Shown piece after piece: positions 12,199 to 21,019 of a stretch of 58,057 nucleotides of DNA (positions are counted from its first letter, which is position 1; each line of letters opens with the position of its first letter). The translations under genes were made by a program, and so were the position numbers. The DNA is from an uncultured Oscillospiraceae bacterium (GTDB taxonomy: Bacteria > Bacillota > Clostridia > UMGS1883). The DNA lies in contig CAYLPQ010000005.1 in NCBI GenBank assembly GCA_964385605.1, forward strand, positions 1 to 58,057, in the 5' to 3' direction. The notes beneath the pieces are model-generated. The model had not been told where the DNA came from and ran no database searches. It was given only the letters and a program-made list of their open reading frames with translations.

Positions 12199-13641
12199 AT
12201 GGTATTTTCAAGTATAACGTTTATAGTGTTTTTTTGTATAGTAGCAAGTGTCATGGCTATTACCAAACTTGGATTTTTAAAGAAAAATTTTGAAGAACAT
12301 AGTTTGAGAAAATTCAGACACATATTTTTGATTGCTGCAAGTTATGTGTTTTACGGTTGGTGGGACTGGCGCTTTTGTTTCTTAATGTTTGCACTGACCT
12401 ATATTGCGTATATATCAGCAAAAAATATAGAAAAAAACAGAAAATATGTAAAATTTTTTAAGTTTATCGGAGTAGTTATCCCTCTGGTTGTTTTGGGACT
12501 GTTCAAATACTTTAATTTCTTTGTTGATTCTTTTTGTGATTTATTCGGAATTACCGGTTATACAACTTTAAGTATAATCCTTCCTGTAGGAATATCGTTT
12601 TACACATTTCAATCAATGAGCTATACGATAGATGTTATTCGCAAACGTATACCTTGTGCGGACTTTACTGAAGTAGCACTTTATATTTCATTCTTTCCTC
12701 AACTTGTGGCAGGACCTATCGTAAAAGCACAGGAATTTATTCCTCAACTTAAAGAAAACAGAAACATCAGCCTGAAAAACATTGAAATCGGCCTGCAGAT
12801 TTTCCTTATGGGCCTGTTTAAAAAAATCGTAATTGCAGATCAACTTTCTTTGTTTGTTGATCAGGTTTTTGAAAAACCTGCAGCATTTCATTCGATATCT
12901 GTCATCCTTGCTGTTATTGCCTATTCTATACAGATATATTTTGATTTTTCAGGGTATTCAGATATGGCCATAGGTAGTGCAAAATGTCTCGGATATGACT
13001 TCAACAGAAATTTCAATATTCCGTATATTTCAAAAAATGTCAGTGAATTCTGGAAAAGATGGCACATAAGCCTTTCAACGTGGCTTCAGGAATATCTTTA
13101 TATTCCACTTGGCGGAAACCGCAAAGGAAAAGTACGAACGTACATAAATCTGCTCCTGACTATGGTTATAGGCGGATTGTGGCATGGTGCAAGCTGGAAC
13201 TTTGTGCTTTGGGGTGCGTTGCATGGCATTGCGCTTTGTATACATAAGTTGTTTATGGCAATGCGCAAAAACAGCAAGAATTCACGCATAGGCACACTTA
13301 TAAGCATTATAGTTACTTACATCTTTGTTTGCGTATGTTGGGTTCCTTTCAGGTCTACAGATATTTCAACAACATTTGAAATTGTAAAGAAAATGTTTGT
13401 GTGGAATAGTGGCATTGTACATATCCATTCCTGGGTTATTATAGCAATTGCGGTGGTGCTGATCGGTACACTTGCGGCGGTTATAAAGGCAAAGAGACAG
13501 AAGGAACGCGTCGTTACGGGGTTTTATCCGATATTCAATCTTGAAAAATTTAGTTCCTTGGTTCTTCTTTTTGTTTTTATGGGAATTATTTTGATTTTTG
13601 CATATACAAACAGCAATCCATTTATATATTTCCAATTTTAA
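12199..13641 (+). CDS. MBOAT-family membrane-bound O-acyltransferase (AlgI/DltB/PatA-like)
   Basis: 480 aa polytopic protein carrying the MBOAT signature FWKRWHISLSTWLQEYLYIPLGGN. Confidence 0.9.
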   Translation: MVFSSITFIVFFCIVASVMAITKLGFLKKNFEEHSLRKFRHIFLIAASYVFYGWWDWRFCFLMFALTYIAYISAKNIEKNRKYVKFFKFIGVVIPLVVLGLFKYFNFFVDSFCDLFGITGYTTLSIILPVGISFYTFQSMSYTIDVIRKRIPCADFTEVALYISFFPQLVAGPIVKAQEFIPQLKENRNISLKNIEIGLQIFLMGLFKKIVIADQLSLFVDQVFEKPAAFHSISVILAVIAYSIQIYFDFSGYSDMAIGSAKCLGYDFNRNFNIPYISKNVSEFWKRWHISLSTWLQEYLYIPLGGNRKGKVRTYINLLLTMVIGGLWHGASWNFVLWGALHGIALCIHKLFMAMRKNSKNSRIGTLISIIVTYIFVCVCWVPFRSTDISTTFEIVKKMFVWNSGIVHIHSWVIIAIAVVLIGTLAAVIKAKRQKERVVTGFYPIFNLEKFSSLVLLFVFMGIILIFAYTNSNPFIYFQF

Positions 13642-13666
13642 TATGTTGAGAAGTGTGGTGGCGTAA

Positions 13667-14560
13667 ATGAATTCACGGCAACTGCAATATGCCATTGTTC
13701 TTTCAGATACAAAGAATTTTTCTACGGCGGCAGAAAAATTGAATATATCGCAGCCTGCTCTCAGTAAGCAGATTATAGCTCTTGAAAAAGAGCTTGGGAT
13801 AAAGCTGTTTGACCGCAGTACGAATCCCCTTTCTCTTACTCCTGCGGGAGAGTTTTTTACGGAAAAGGCAAAGGAGCTTCTTTTTGAAGAGGATGTTCTT
13901 TTGAAAACCCTTGAAAAATATAAATCCGGGGAAAAAGGAAAACTTGTAATCGGTGCAGTACCTTTCCGCAGTTCATATATGATGCCGTGGCTTATTAAGT
14001 CTGTAAAAAATAAATTCCCCGGATTGCAGGTGGTTCTTTCAGAATACGGACTTTCTGTTCTTGAGAAAGGACTTCTTGAGGGGGAGTATGATTTTGCAAT
14101 TATGAATCTTCCCGTAAATAATCCCGAGTTTGAGACTATACCGCTTGAAGAAGATAATCTTGTTCTTGCAGTTCCCCAAAAGTACAAGAATCTTGTGAAA
14201 ACAGAGAAAAAAGGTATTATAGATGACCTTTTTGCGTTAAAAGGATTGCCGTTTGTTACAGTAGGTAAAGAGCAGGAAATGCGTAAACTTTTTGATGCTC
14301 TTTGTATGGAAGCGGGATTTGAACCTGACATTTACGCACAGGTGACAGGTGTTCTTACTGCGTGGGAGGTTGTGAAAAGCGGTGTTGCCGCAACCATTAT
14401 CCCCAAACAGTTTGTAGATGCAAAAGGTGAAGTAGACGACATAGGAATTTTTGAAATAAAAAATACTCCGTACAAACGTCAGCCCGCGGTCGTTACACGA
14501 CGTGGTCAGTTTGTATCGGAGTATGCAAAGTTTGCAATAGAAGTATTGAAAAGGATGTAA
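13667..14560 (+). CDS. LysR-family transcriptional regulator
   Basis: N-terminal wHTH (LQYAIVLSDTKNFSTAAEKLNISQPALSKQIIALEKELGIKLFDR) plus a substrate-binding domain of typical length. Confidence 0.9.
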   Translation: MNSRQLQYAIVLSDTKNFSTAAEKLNISQPALSKQIIALEKELGIKLFDRSTNPLSLTPAGEFFTEKAKELLFEEDVLLKTLEKYKSGEKGKLVIGAVPFRSSYMMPWLIKSVKNKFPGLQVVLSEYGLSVLEKGLLEGEYDFAIMNLPVNNPEFETIPLEEDNLVLAVPQKYKNLVKTEKKGIIDDLFALKGLPFVTVGKEQEMRKLFDALCMEAGFEPDIYAQVTGVLTAWEVVKSGVAATIIPKQFVDAKGEVDDIGIFEIKNTPYKRQPAVVTRRGQFVSEYAKFAIEVLKRM

Positions 14561-14562
14561 AA

Positions 14563-14602
14563 ATGCTGAAGCACATTTTCGGAGTGCTTCAGCATTTTTT
14601 TT
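14563..14602 (+). terminator. Rho-independent terminator after the LysR gene
   Basis: ATGCTGAAGCAC-attttcgga-GTGCTTCAGCAT followed by TTTTTTT. Confidence 0.8.
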
Positions 14603-14694
14603 ACCGTATATGAATTTGCGTAAAATCGAGACGCAGGAAACTATGTTTGCACCGGGTAAGAGTGCGATATGGGTGAAACATGGCGCTTCTTTTG

Positions 14695-15963
14695 TTAATT
14701 CAGACGGGCAGTGTTGAAAGCTTTCATTTTCATATTCTTTCCATCTATATCTTCTACCAGAAGGTTTTCGTGGATGTATTGAACTGTCCTTTTTACCTCG
14801 TCCATATCTTTTGCAGAAAACTTAATCATACCTGCTTTCTGTGCATTTGTGCCGGTATTTGGTATAACGTCGCCGACTTTTTTCCAGATAGAAATATCAT
14901 CAATATTCTTCAGGGTGTCAAGTTTGCTGTAATCAATTTTTGATATTTCCCCTGCTTTTAACAAAAGAGTAAGAGTGCAATAGTATTCTTCAAAAACAGG
15001 ATTGTTTTTACTTATGTCATCTCCCATATCTCCTGTTGTAACATAGGATATAAGCATTTTCATAAAGTCAATATTATTATATTTGCGGATAACCTTATAG
15101 TCATTGTTGCCGTTAACTCTGAAACCCATTTCAAAAGCTTTTATTCCGTCGGCACCTGCGATCAGCTGGAAGTTTGCAACACCGTTTACAGCACCGATTT
15201 TTTTGAGGAGTTTCTTTATTCCGGGGTCTATGGTTTTAAGGAATTCATCGTAAAAACGGGAAGGAGTAATAACAAAATCGCAGAGACATGAATTTTCAAC
15301 TTCTTCTGACAAGTACTTGTCATTCAGACAAGAAAAACTGCTTTCACCGTTGGAAATTGTATAAACAGCACTGAGTTCAACTCCGGTGAGATATTCTTCG
15401 ACGACAACTTCACCGGTTTTTGAATATCCGGCTGCAGCATCAATTGCTTTTGTAAGCTCGCTCTCATTGTTGCATATGGAAATACCTTTTCTCCCGCCGT
15501 TGTCAGATGGTTTGACAATTACCGGATATTTTATTTTGTCAAGGTCTTCCCTTTTCATAGGAAGTCCGAAACAGAACTCCTGAGGAGTATTAACACCACA
15601 TTCTATACACGTTTTCTTAAAAAGCCTTTTGTCACGTGTCAAATTAATCTGTTCTTCTGTTGCGTAAAATGGGGTGCCTATAGCATTTGATATACGGCAG
15701 GCTGCGAGAACTCTGTCTTCGCTGTATCCGGCTATAACACCATCTATTTTCTCCTCTTTGCATTTTTTTGCAACCGATTCGGTGTCTGAATAATCCATAT
15801 TCCATGCATCATCGCTGATAAGCTTTGCGGGACTTATGTTCCAATCCTCATAGCGGTCACAACAGACAACCTCCATATCCATTTCTTTTGCAGCTTTTAC
15901 AAATTCAATATCACTGCCGTCGCTGCTTATAACCAAAAGGCGCTTTCCCTCTAATGATTTCAT
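14695..15963 (-). CDS. ATP-grasp domain ligase (carboxylate-amine ligase type)
   Basis: Pre-ATP-grasp region, then YPVIVKPSDNGGRKGISIC...VVVEEYLTGVELSAVY, typical of ATP-grasp enzymes. It is the last gene of the minus-strand glycan arm, overlapping the PGT gene by 4 nt. Confidence 0.75.
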   Translation of the reverse strand: MKSLEGKRLLVISSDGSDIEFVKAAKEMDMEVVCCDRYEDWNISPAKLISDDAWNMDYSDTESVAKKCKEEKIDGVIAGYSEDRVLAACRISNAIGTPFYATEEQINLTRDKRLFKKTCIECGVNTPQEFCFGLPMKREDLDKIKYPVIVKPSDNGGRKGISICNNESELTKAIDAAAGYSKTGEVVVEEYLTGVELSAVYTISNGESSFSCLNDKYLSEEVENSCLCDFVITPSRFYDEFLKTIDPGIKKLLKKIGAVNGVANFQLIAGADGIKAFEMGFRVNGNNDYKVIRKYNNIDFMKMLISYVTTGDMGDDISKNNPVFEEYYCTLTLLLKAGEISKIDYSKLDTLKNIDDISIWKKVGDVIPNTGTNAQKAGMIKFSAKDMDEVKRTVQYIHENLLVEDIDGKNMKMKAFNTARLN

Positions 15964-16610
15964 ATTTTATTCTCCTTAACTTCAGTTTTTTCTTCGCTGT
16001 CCATAAATGAACGAACTATGTATAAACTTTGAGTTGTCTGGTCATCGTGAACTATGTCTGCGCGTTTGAATACTTTATAAAATGTCAGAAAAAGAATCTT
16101 TATATCCATCCACAGAGACATCTTGCTAACGTATTCAACATCCATTTTGAATTTATCGTCCCAGGAAACGAGATTCCTTCCGTTTACCTGTGCCCAACCG
16201 GTAAGTCCGGGACGGATGTTGTGGCGTACTCTCTCATATTCGTAGTAATATGGCTTATATTTCATAAGAAGCGGGCGGGGACCTACGATGCTTAAATCGC
16301 CTTTCAGGATATTAAGCAGTGAAGGAAGCTCATCGAGACTGGTGCTTCGAAGAAGTCGCCCGAATTTTGTCAATCTTTCGGGTGCGGGAAGTAGTACCCC
16401 GTTTTCATCGGTTTCGTTTGTCATTGAACGGAATTTGTAGAGTTTGATAGGTTTTTCGTCTTTTCCCATTCTTTCGGATTTGTAAAGAACAGGGCTTCCC
16501 ATGTTAATCCTTACAAAGATGGCAATAATTGCAAGCACCCACCAAAACAGCAGCAGTGCCAAAGCTGAAAGGAAAATATCCAGAAATCTTTTAAAAAATT
16601 TAGCATACAT
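15960..16610 (-). CDS. Small (PglC/WbaP C-terminal type) undecaprenyl-phosphate sugar phosphotransferase; initiating PGT
   Basis: 216 aa with one N-terminal re-entrant helix and the bacterial sugar transferase motif DELPSLLNILKGDLSIVGPRP. Confidence 0.9.
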   Translation of the reverse strand: MYAKFFKRFLDIFLSALALLLFWWVLAIIAIFVRINMGSPVLYKSERMGKDEKPIKLYKFRSMTNETDENGVLLPAPERLTKFGRLLRSTSLDELPSLLNILKGDLSIVGPRPLLMKYKPYYYEYERVRHNIRPGLTGWAQVNGRNLVSWDDKFKMDVEYVSKMSLWMDIKILFLTFYKVFKRADIVHDDQTTQSLYIVRSFMDSEEKTEVKENKI

Positions 16611-16636
16611 TATGTATTTCTCCTTTTACTGATGTG

Positions 16637-17671
16637 TTATGCCCTGTATTTCGGGAAAAATCCACTATCAGGAAGTTCTGTTCTCAATGATACAAGATAG
16701 TCATATAATTCCTGGTTGAAAATCTTTTTCCCGATATGGAAACGAGGCAAGTCGTCAAGTCTGTAAAAAGACTTTTTGAATTTAAACAGACTGTCTTCAC
16801 CACTGCCTACACCACCGCCGAGGTACAAGGATTTATATCCGTTTGCACATCCCCAAAGAGCAGCTTCATAAAGAAGTAAGTTAGTGGGGGCAAGGTTTGA
16901 ATATTCGCGAACGGAGCCTGAAAGATGGTAATTCATAAATCCGTTGGCATTGAGCATTATTGACGCAGCTATAACTTTACCATCCAGCTCTGCATAAAAG
17001 ACTTGTGAATTATAGGGAAGATCGTCGCAAATGCTTTTATAAAATTCAGGAGAAAAATAGTAATAGGAATCAGCATTATCCTTATCCATAGTACCATTGT
17101 ATATTTCTCTGAATTTTTCGTATATTTCGGGATGTCTGCCATTGTATATGTGTATTGAATTTTTCTGAGCTTTTCTTATAACATTGCGGTTTTTGCTTGT
17201 TATATTTGCCCATATTGTTTCAGGAGAAGACAAATCAAGATTAACTGTATAGCCTAGCCCAATTACATCGTATGATGTCGCGTGAAGGTGGTTTTCAATA
17301 ACAGGATGAAACCTTACAAATTCGGAAATGATATTATTTTCAAAGCACCATTTTTCGTATTCAGCGAACAGAGAAGAGGTGTTAGCGCCCTCAATCAGCC
17401 AACCGCCGTAACCGTAAGGTGTTGCAAGGTCAAAATATTTGCCTTTTTCAATAACGGAACTAAAACGGGAATCGTCAGAAATATCGCGCTTCATTACAAC
17501 GTTTATGCCCCTTGTGGAAGCATCTTCATAGTAAAAAAGAAGTGCAGTTCCGTCTCCGTGAATTTCAAATGCCTTCACATAGCCTGATAGCCAGTATGTA
17601 TCATAATTTTCAAACGAGCAAACTATATTATTCCACTCGACTTCCTGCTGTGTTGATAAGACAGTCAGCAA
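16637..17671 (-). CDS. FemAB-like / GNAT-fold aminoacyl (peptide bridge-type) transferase
   Basis: 344 aa. Blocks ATPYGYGGW, NRNVIRKAQK, NYHLSGS and SLFKFKKSF resemble the FemX/FemAB and Acetyltransf_6 families. Confidence 0.65.
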   Translation of the reverse strand: MLTVLSTQQEVEWNNIVCSFENYDTYWLSGYVKAFEIHGDGTALLFYYEDASTRGINVVMKRDISDDSRFSSVIEKGKYFDLATPYGYGGWLIEGANTSSLFAEYEKWCFENNIISEFVRFHPVIENHLHATSYDVIGLGYTVNLDLSSPETIWANITSKNRNVIRKAQKNSIHIYNGRHPEIYEKFREIYNGTMDKDNADSYYYFSPEFYKSICDDLPYNSQVFYAELDGKVIAASIMLNANGFMNYHLSGSVREYSNLAPTNLLLYEAALWGCANGYKSLYLGGGVGSGEDSLFKFKKSFYRLDDLPRFHIGKKIFNQELYDYLVSLRTELPDSGFFPKYRA

Positions 17672-18639
17672 CTTAAAACACCTCCGTAAGCAAGTATTTC
17701 TTTTACTATGCGTTTCATATGAGTCTCATCATACCGTTGATCACATATAAGGCTGATCTCACGTTCATAAATTTCCTCTGTGGAAGGAGAAATTTCTGTA
17801 TGACGGGATGATTTCGGCCAGTGAACAGGACAGTATATTTCTTTTTGTATAAGATGTGACCGCAACCCGTTGCGATTTCTGACTTTTATGGGGACGAACA
17901 GGGGACAGTCATTGTCATTAAGTTCAGGAAAAATCGCAATATCACGTAGCGAATCGAGCAGAACCTGCGCATTTTTCCGTCTTTTGTGTCTGATAAGATC
18001 CACGTTAAGCTTTGATGCAATAAGTACTTCATCGGCATCTGCCGGAAAAACACCTATATGTTCCAGCATATCCTCAGCAGTGCCAAATTTCTCAAAATAG
18101 TTTTTGTCATCCGTTTCTTCGTTGATATATGCTTTTTTGTCTGACATAGCTGTTTTTTTCAACTTAATAAAATCAGGGAAATCACCCTCAAAGCAAACCT
18201 GCGATTTAAAACCTGTGGCGAATCCGCCAGTAGCAAAACCTGCCCATTTGCGAAGACTGCCAAAACAGTAGTCAGCATTATTGGAACCTAAAGAAAAAAG
18301 AGAATGGGTAACATCGCGGATAACAATTCCGTCAAAATCACACAATTGATTGTTCTGGCTATAACCGAAATAATCAATAACAAGTACTGCATCTGCATTA
18401 GTACGGATTTCCCGGCTGAAGGCAGGATAAAAAGAAACCTCAATTCCCTCATCAAGAAACGGGTCTATCATACTTTCGCAACACCAGTCCGGAAGAGCAA
18501 CTGATTTGAAATTGCTGTCCCTTATGATTGCTTTAAGTGCGCTACGGCCGGAAATAAACCACTGTGTATCCGCAGAGAACAGACTGTTTTTTTCAGTTAA
18601 AGGGATACCCCAGAATTCGCTTCCAATTTCAGTTCTCAT
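17665..18639 (-). CDS. Uncharacterised protein, possibly PLP-dependent transferase fold (DegT-like, distant)
   Basis: 324 aa, first gene of the minus arm. GRSALKAII and GSLRKW segments faintly resemble fold-type I aminotransferases of sugar pathways. The assignment is weak. Confidence 0.4.
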   Translation of the reverse strand: MRTEIGSEFWGIPLTEKNSLFSADTQWFISGRSALKAIIRDSNFKSVALPDWCCESMIDPFLDEGIEVSFYPAFSREIRTNADAVLVIDYFGYSQNNQLCDFDGIVIRDVTHSLFSLGSNNADYCFGSLRKWAGFATGGFATGFKSQVCFEGDFPDFIKLKKTAMSDKKAYINEETDDKNYFEKFGTAEDMLEHIGVFPADADEVLIASKLNVDLIRHKRRKNAQVLLDSLRDIAIFPELNDNDCPLFVPIKVRNRNGLRSHLIQKEIYCPVHWPKSSRHTEISPSTEEIYEREISLICDQRYDETHMKRIVKEILAYGGVLSC

Positions 18640-18677
18640 ATTTTCCCATCCTAATTTGACAAACTATCACATATATC

Positions 18678-18706
18678 ATAATACAACTTTTTTTTGACTG
18701 TGTCAA
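18678..18706 (-). promoter_or_regulatory. Putative promoter of the minus-strand glycan arm
   Basis: On the minus strand: TTGACA, a 17-nt spacer, then TATTAT, about 40 nt upstream of the ATG at 18639. Confidence 0.55.
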
Positions 18707-18764
18707 ACGTTTTTGTGTATAAGAGGCTTAAATGCAAATTTGTAGGTTTGCAAAGCTGTTAGTA

Positions 18765-18793
18765 TTGACATTTTTTGCTCATTATTATATAAT
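18765..18793 (+). promoter_or_regulatory. Consensus sigma-70 promoter of the plus-strand glycan arm
   Basis: Perfect TTGACA, a 17-nt spacer, then TATAAT, about 58 nt upstream of the ATG at 18851. Confidence 0.65.
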
Positions 18794-18850
18794 ACACTAG
18801 ATTGATTGTGTGATCAAAACAGTTTGAAGAATAACATGGGAGAATGTAAA

Positions 18851-19861
18851 ATGTGTCAGATTTCCTTAATTGTGCCGGTATACAATGCCGAAAAGAGCTT
18901 ACGAAAGTGCCTTGACAGTATTCAGGGACAAGTATTTGGCGATTTTGAGGTTCTTTTAATTAATGATGGCTCCAGGGATAATAGCGAGGCTATTTGTACT
19001 GAATACTGCAACAAGGATTCGAGATTCAGAATTATTAATCAGGAAAATAGCGGACCTTCTTCGGCAAGAAACAGAGGAATAGATGAATCAACCGCAAAAT
19101 ATCTTGCTTTTGTCGATTCCGATGACTATATAGAACCGGATATGCTTGAAAAGTTATATACTGCCGCAGAGGAAGCAAATGCAGATTTAACAATATGCGG
19201 ATACTATATCGAAAATGAGCACGGCAGTAAAAAAGAGTCTGTTTGTAAATTTGATGCAGGCATTTACCGCGGTGAAGAATGCAGAAAGATAGCGATTGAA
19301 ACAATTGATATTGGGATAGCAGGAAATATACGTCCGTATTCATGTATAAGGTTTGTGCGTCGTGAATGTATGGAAAATCCAAAGATGCGATTTTGTACAG
19401 AAATATATCGGAGCGAGGACTATCTTCTTTGGACGCAGGTTTTCTTTAATATTGATTGCCTCTGCCTTATGCCTGATAAATATCTCTACCACTATGTTGA
19501 AAATGCAGGCTCAATAACTCATAAGTATGTAAAAGATTACTGGAAAATGGCAAAGGAAATATATGAGAAATTGAAGCTTGAGTTGCCTGAAGAAAAAGAA
19601 ATTTCTCAAAATCTTGCTTTTATGTTTATAAGGCGCACATATATGTCGCTGAATATAATAAACAAGGCAAAGGATAAATCAACCTTTAAAAGTGATATGA
19701 GAGAGATTTTAAAAGATAAAAAGCTCAGAGAGGTTGTTGACAGTATTCCTTTTAAGAAAGGAGTAAAAGTTCAGAAGCACCGGTATCTGCTTTTGAAATT
19801 CAGACTTTATTTTTTGATCAGGTTAATAAATTGTTATCGCCATAGAAAATTTATGAAGTAA
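18851..19861 (+). CDS. Glycosyltransferase family 2
   Basis: SLIVPVYNAEKSLRKCLDSIQGQ...LLINDGSRDNS...FVDSDD are classic GT2 (GT-A, DxD) blocks. Start trimmed to MCQISLIV, which has a GGGAGA RBS. Confidence 0.9.
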   Translation: MCQISLIVPVYNAEKSLRKCLDSIQGQVFGDFEVLLINDGSRDNSEAICTEYCNKDSRFRIINQENSGPSSARNRGIDESTAKYLAFVDSDDYIEPDMLEKLYTAAEEANADLTICGYYIENEHGSKKESVCKFDAGIYRGEECRKIAIETIDIGIAGNIRPYSCIRFVRRECMENPKMRFCTEIYRSEDYLLWTQVFFNIDCLCLMPDKYLYHYVENAGSITHKYVKDYWKMAKEIYEKLKLELPEEKEISQNLAFMFIRRTYMSLNIINKAKDKSTFKSDMREILKDKKLREVVDSIPFKKGVKVQKHRYLLLKFRLYFLIRLINCYRHRKFMK

Positions 19862-19864
19862 GGG

Positions 19865-21007
19865 ATGAGAATCGTGAAGGCTGGAATTATAACGTTTCAT
19901 TTTGCGCACAACCAGGGTGCTGTTTTGCAAGGCTATGCGTTGCAGAAGTTTCTGAAAAAATTGGGGCATGATGCAGAAGTTATAAACTATTGTCCGCCGT
20001 ACCATACAAATCGTTACAGTGCAAGAAGAAATCCTTTTATAATGGCATCGGATACCCTTAAAAAGAATAAAAATCTGAAAATTCAAAAAAGGTTATATAA
20101 AGCAGCTCGTTCCTTTGCAAAAGGAATTTATATTTCTGTTACCGGAGTATACAAACTGCGTGAGAAAAAGTTTGGCGATTTTGTAAAGAAAAATCTTGAT
20201 TTGACAAGAGAATATAAATCCCTTAAAGACCTTCAGAAAAATCCTCCAAAGTGTGATATATACATATCGGGGAGTGACCAACTGTGGAATCCTGAATTGG
20301 TGAACAATGGGTTTGACGGTGCGTATTTTTTGGATTTCGGAGCAAGTAACATAAAAAAGATTACTTATGCAGTCAGTCTGAAGGAGAGTTATACACAGAA
20401 AGAAAAAGACGAGATAAAGGCATACTGTAGAAATATTGATGTTATTTCATCACGCGAGAAAAGTGAAACTCTTGATGAACTGCTTGGAGAAAACTACACA
20501 GTGTGTGTGGACCCGACCCTGCTTCTTTCAAAAGAAGAGTTTGCTGATGCAGAAAACGAAATTGAGGAAAAAGAGCCATACATTTTTGTATATGGCTTTG
20601 AAACATCGCCCAATATGGTTGAGGCGGTAGATGTGATTTCAAAAGCTACGGGATTTCGGGTTATCAACGGTTCTCCGGACAGAGTATATCTTAATAATGC
20701 GACAAAGCTTCGCAATTATGGTCCGGGCGAATTTCTCGGCTATATAAAGAATGCTGATTTTGTGATAACAAACTCTTTCCATGGAACGGCATTTTCGCTT
20801 ATTTATAATAAAAAGTTTGTTACGGTAGCACATACAACTCGCGGTAGGAGAATGACAGAGTTGCTTGGGAAGATGGGGCTTTCGGACAGAATATGGTCAG
20901 AGAATGGTTGTAAGTGGGAAGAAGAGATTGATTATTCAGTGGCAGAACAAAGAAGGAACGAATTGAAAGAACAAGCTACAGAGTACCTTAACAATAATTT
21001 GAAATGA
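19865..21007 (+). CDS. Polysaccharide pyruvyl transferase family protein (CsaB/WcaK-like)
   Basis: 380 aa. The N-terminus (IITFHFAHNQGAVLQGYALQKFL), SGSDQLWN and NSFHGTAFS blocks are typical of PF04230-type pyruvyl transferases. Confidence 0.8.
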   Translation: MRIVKAGIITFHFAHNQGAVLQGYALQKFLKKLGHDAEVINYCPPYHTNRYSARRNPFIMASDTLKKNKNLKIQKRLYKAARSFAKGIYISVTGVYKLREKKFGDFVKKNLDLTREYKSLKDLQKNPPKCDIYISGSDQLWNPELVNNGFDGAYFLDFGASNIKKITYAVSLKESYTQKEKDEIKAYCRNIDVISSREKSETLDELLGENYTVCVDPTLLLSKEEFADAENEIEEKEPYIFVYGFETSPNMVEAVDVISKATGFRVINGSPDRVYLNNATKLRNYGPGEFLGYIKNADFVITNSFHGTAFSLIYNKKFVTVAHTTRGRRMTELLGKMGLSDRIWSENGCKWEEEIDYSVAEQRRNELKEQATEYLNNNLK

Positions 21008-21019
21008 GGGAATTTTATT

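Noticed and set aside
11177-13641. dlt operon (D-alanylation of teichoic acids)
   Set aside because: A DltB-like MBOAT and a DltD-like partner are present. However, dltA (the D-Ala ligase) and dltC (the carrier protein) are absent from the neighbourhood.
13366-14331. 321-aa ORF on the minus strand
   Set aside because: It lies entirely antisense to the well-supported LysR regulator and the MBOAT 3' end. The composition is Ser/Phe/Arg-rich and low complexity, with no RBS. This is a typical antisense open frame in AT-rich DNA.
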